The position numbers were made by a program, and so were the translations under genes. The notes under the pieces are model-generated. The model was given only the letters and a program-made list of their open reading frames with translations. It had not been told where the DNA came from and did no database searches. Positions 63,401 to 64,000 of a stretch of DNA of 64,000 bases are shown here, piece after piece. Location: assembly GCA_965637545.1 (NCBI GenBank), contig OZ281497.1:15190001-15254000 (forward strand), in the 5' to 3' direction. Source of the DNA: Phallusia mammillata (lineage: Eukaryota). Numbering within the stretch: the stretch's first letter is position 1; the number at the start of each line of letters is the position of its first letter.

Positions 63401-64000
63401 ACGGCTACGTTAATCTGGAGGACACGATAACTTGTCAAGCTGACGGACTTTGGTCATCCACGTCATTGCTTTGCGCCAAAGTTGACTGCGGTTCTTCGCC
63501 TGCCCTTAACTTCGGCTATGTGGGTAAGTTGCAAAACTGAAAACCATAAAGTTTCGCCCTTCACGAGCACCCTGAACCATCAACCGATCGGTCGGTACCG
63601 AGAATAGCAATTTTATCTGGTTGCTTGACAAAGTTTTTCGAAAAGTCAAAATAAGTTCAGTTCTGAAAATTAAACATGGTCCAAAGTGACGCCATTATTA
63701 CAAACAAAAAATTTTCGGTTTTATATTTCTGAATAGGCATGTATCGATACGTAGCTGTTGACCAATTCAATAATTTCAGATATCAACGGGACAAAGTACG
63801 GCGATGTTGCAGTTTATCACTGTAGATCTGGTTATATACGATCTGGCAGCTTCCAAAGAAACTGTCTGGCTAATGGAAGCTGGTCAGGCGCGTGTCCAGT
63901 TTGCACACCGGTGGACTGCGGACCTCCAACTGACCCTATCAATGGTCAACATATTGCCCAGGGCAACTACACGTTTGGGGAAATTGTGCTTTATAGCTGT
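15431..64000 (+). CDS. SVEP1: SVEP1/polydom-like giant extracellular matrix protein; multi-exon, 5'- and 3'-partial in this window
   Basis: Domain order matches SVEP1: Cys-rich post-vWA segment ([27 protein letters not shown]), ephrin-receptor-like/GCC repeat, 3 CCP, 2 HYR, CCP, linker with furin-type sites, 3 GCC repeats, 6 EGF, pentraxin ([13 protein letters not shown]...[12 protein letters not shown]), 2 CCP, cbEGF, then a long CCP array. Exons have GT/AG ends and consistent phases wherever checked. Confidence 0.93.
20541..20580 (+). mobile_element. Fragment resembling the 5' end of a hAT MITE
   Basis: AGGGGGGCACCAAACTTTTTTT...GCGGGCCGGAT resembles hAT MITE termini and subterminal motifs. 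No partner end found. Confidence 0.4.
20640..20745 (+). mobile_element. tRNA-derived SINE-like relic or tRNA pseudogene
   Basis: Pol III A-box TGGCCGAATGG (20647-20657) and B-box GGTTCGAACCC (20728-20738). The acceptor stem does not pair and no T-run terminator follows, so this is not an intact tRNA. Confidence 0.5.
25263..31578 (-). CDS. Single-pass LRR transmembrane protein (LRRTM/FLRT-like ectodomain), ~1,299 aa, nested antisense in a SVEP1 intron
   Basis: Model complement(join(25263..27411,27564..27614,27732..27897,27968..28005,28049..28135,28183..28478,28687..28912,29189..29355,29795..29918,30380..30587,30924..31137,31405..31578)) = 3900 nt, with all phases consistent. It gives a signal peptide [30 protein letters not shown], ~10 LRRs, [16 protein letters not shown]...IRC, an S/T-rich stalk, a TM segment [25 protein letters not shown] and a ~750-aa low-complexity tail. 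The small stalk exons are the least certain part. Confidence 0.85.
31700..32150 (-). promoter_or_regulatory. CpG-rich upstream region of the LRR-TM gene with two CSL/Su(H)-type motifs
   Basis: Locally GC-rich. TGTGAGAA at 31861-31868 and CGTGGGAA at 31894-31901 match YGTGRGAA. The region lies just 5' of the minus-strand ATG at 31578. Confidence 0.35.
32305..36030 (+). other. SVEP1: SVEP1 six-EGF array and pentraxin domain
   Basis: cbEGF repeats ([42 protein letters not shown]) in exons 32305-34300. Pentraxin exons near 34508-34720, 35125-35366 and 35816-36030. Confidence 0.9.
38133..39263. mobile_element. Degenerate ~1.1-kb non-autonomous DNA-transposon relic with inverted repeats
   Basis: 38133-38189 (GGTGTCTGGAATGTTTTAACTGATTTTGACTAATTCTAGTGCTCTGATTTCAAAAAT) is an imperfect inverted copy of 39207-39263. 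It lies inside an unusually long SVEP1 intron. True termini and TSD were not resolved. Confidence 0.6.
40723..40921 (+). mobile_element. Foldback element with a degenerate minimal hammerhead core in the spacer
   Basis: Imperfect ~60-bp inverted arms at 40723-40782 and 40862-40921. The spacer contains CTGATGA (40811) TGACATAGGCGGTTTCC GAAAC GTT, followed by AATAAA. Confidence 0.7.
47755..47935 (-). mobile_element. Non-autonomous Penelope-like foldback insertion, 181 bp, with a 15-bp TSD
   Basis: Perfect 53-bp inverted arms at 47750-47802 and 47856-47908. Flanking direct repeat CGATCATTACGTATA at 47740-47754 and 47936-47950. Hammerhead core on the minus strand. Confidence 0.8.
47790..47837 (-). 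ncRNA. Minimal type I hammerhead ribozyme motif
   Basis: Minus strand reads ATTATC-CTGATGA-A-GGCGTC-TTGTATAG-GACGTC-GAAA-C-GTC-GATTAT. This gives a conserved core, a 6-bp stem II, stem I with 5 of 6 pairs, a GUC cleavage triplet ending at 47796, and stem III reduced to a self-complementary ACGU. Confidence 0.75.
50403..50417 (+). mobile_element. Solo hAT-type terminus
   Basis: CAGTGGTTCTCAACC, one mismatch from the 3' TIR of the 7213-7749 MITE. Confidence 0.4.
55690..55865 (+). mobile_element. Truncated relative of the 7213-7749 hAT MITE
   Basis: CAACCGCCGGTCCGCG at 55702-55717 is identical to 7223-7238, followed by further CCGGTCC/CCGG motifs. The second terminus is absent. Confidence 0.55.

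Larger units (their letters stand above)
37217..64000 (+). other. SVEP1: SVEP1 cbEGF followed by a tandem CCP/sushi array (~54 modules in the window, still open at 64000)
   Basis: Repeating C-x-x-P...G...Y/F-x-C-x-x-G-Y/F...C...W...P-x-C pattern traced exon by exon. The count is manual and approximate. Confidence 0.88.

Noticed and set aside
1-64000. Prokaryotic-type systems (CRISPR arrays, operons, rRNA) and autonomous transposase or RT ORFs
   Set aside because: No regularly spaced repeats, rRNA-like sequence, or RT, integrase or transposase motifs were seen; the window is spliced eukaryotic DNA.

Overview
AT-rich eukaryotic DNA with GT-AG spliced genes and many short introns (about 45-500 nt). 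The gene content and compact introns suggest an invertebrate chordate, probably an ascidian tunicate (inference). The + strand from 15431 to the window end holds a very large SVEP1/polydom-like gene that continues past 64000; its signal-peptide and vWA exons were not found in the window. Its 7.4-kb intron (24936-32304) hosts a complete antisense 12-exon gene for a ~1,300-aa single-pass LRR receptor-like protein with a long proline-rich tail. The first 11.5 kb hold three tandem minus-strand paralogues of an orphan 7TM (GPCR-like) family sharing an FLWxRQxxFYxN motif but no intron positions. Non-coding DNA holds one intact hAT-type MITE with an 8-bp TSD, several transposon relics, a tRNA-derived SINE-like relic, and small foldback elements and solo motifs carrying Penelope-type minimal hammerhead ribozyme cores; the best copy has a 15-bp TSD. 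The SVEP1-like protein has about 60 CCP modules by manual count, several with loop insertions bearing acidic, Ser-Gly (GAG-type), furin-site and RGD motifs. All gene models were assembled by hand from splice consensus and phase continuity; no database search was run.
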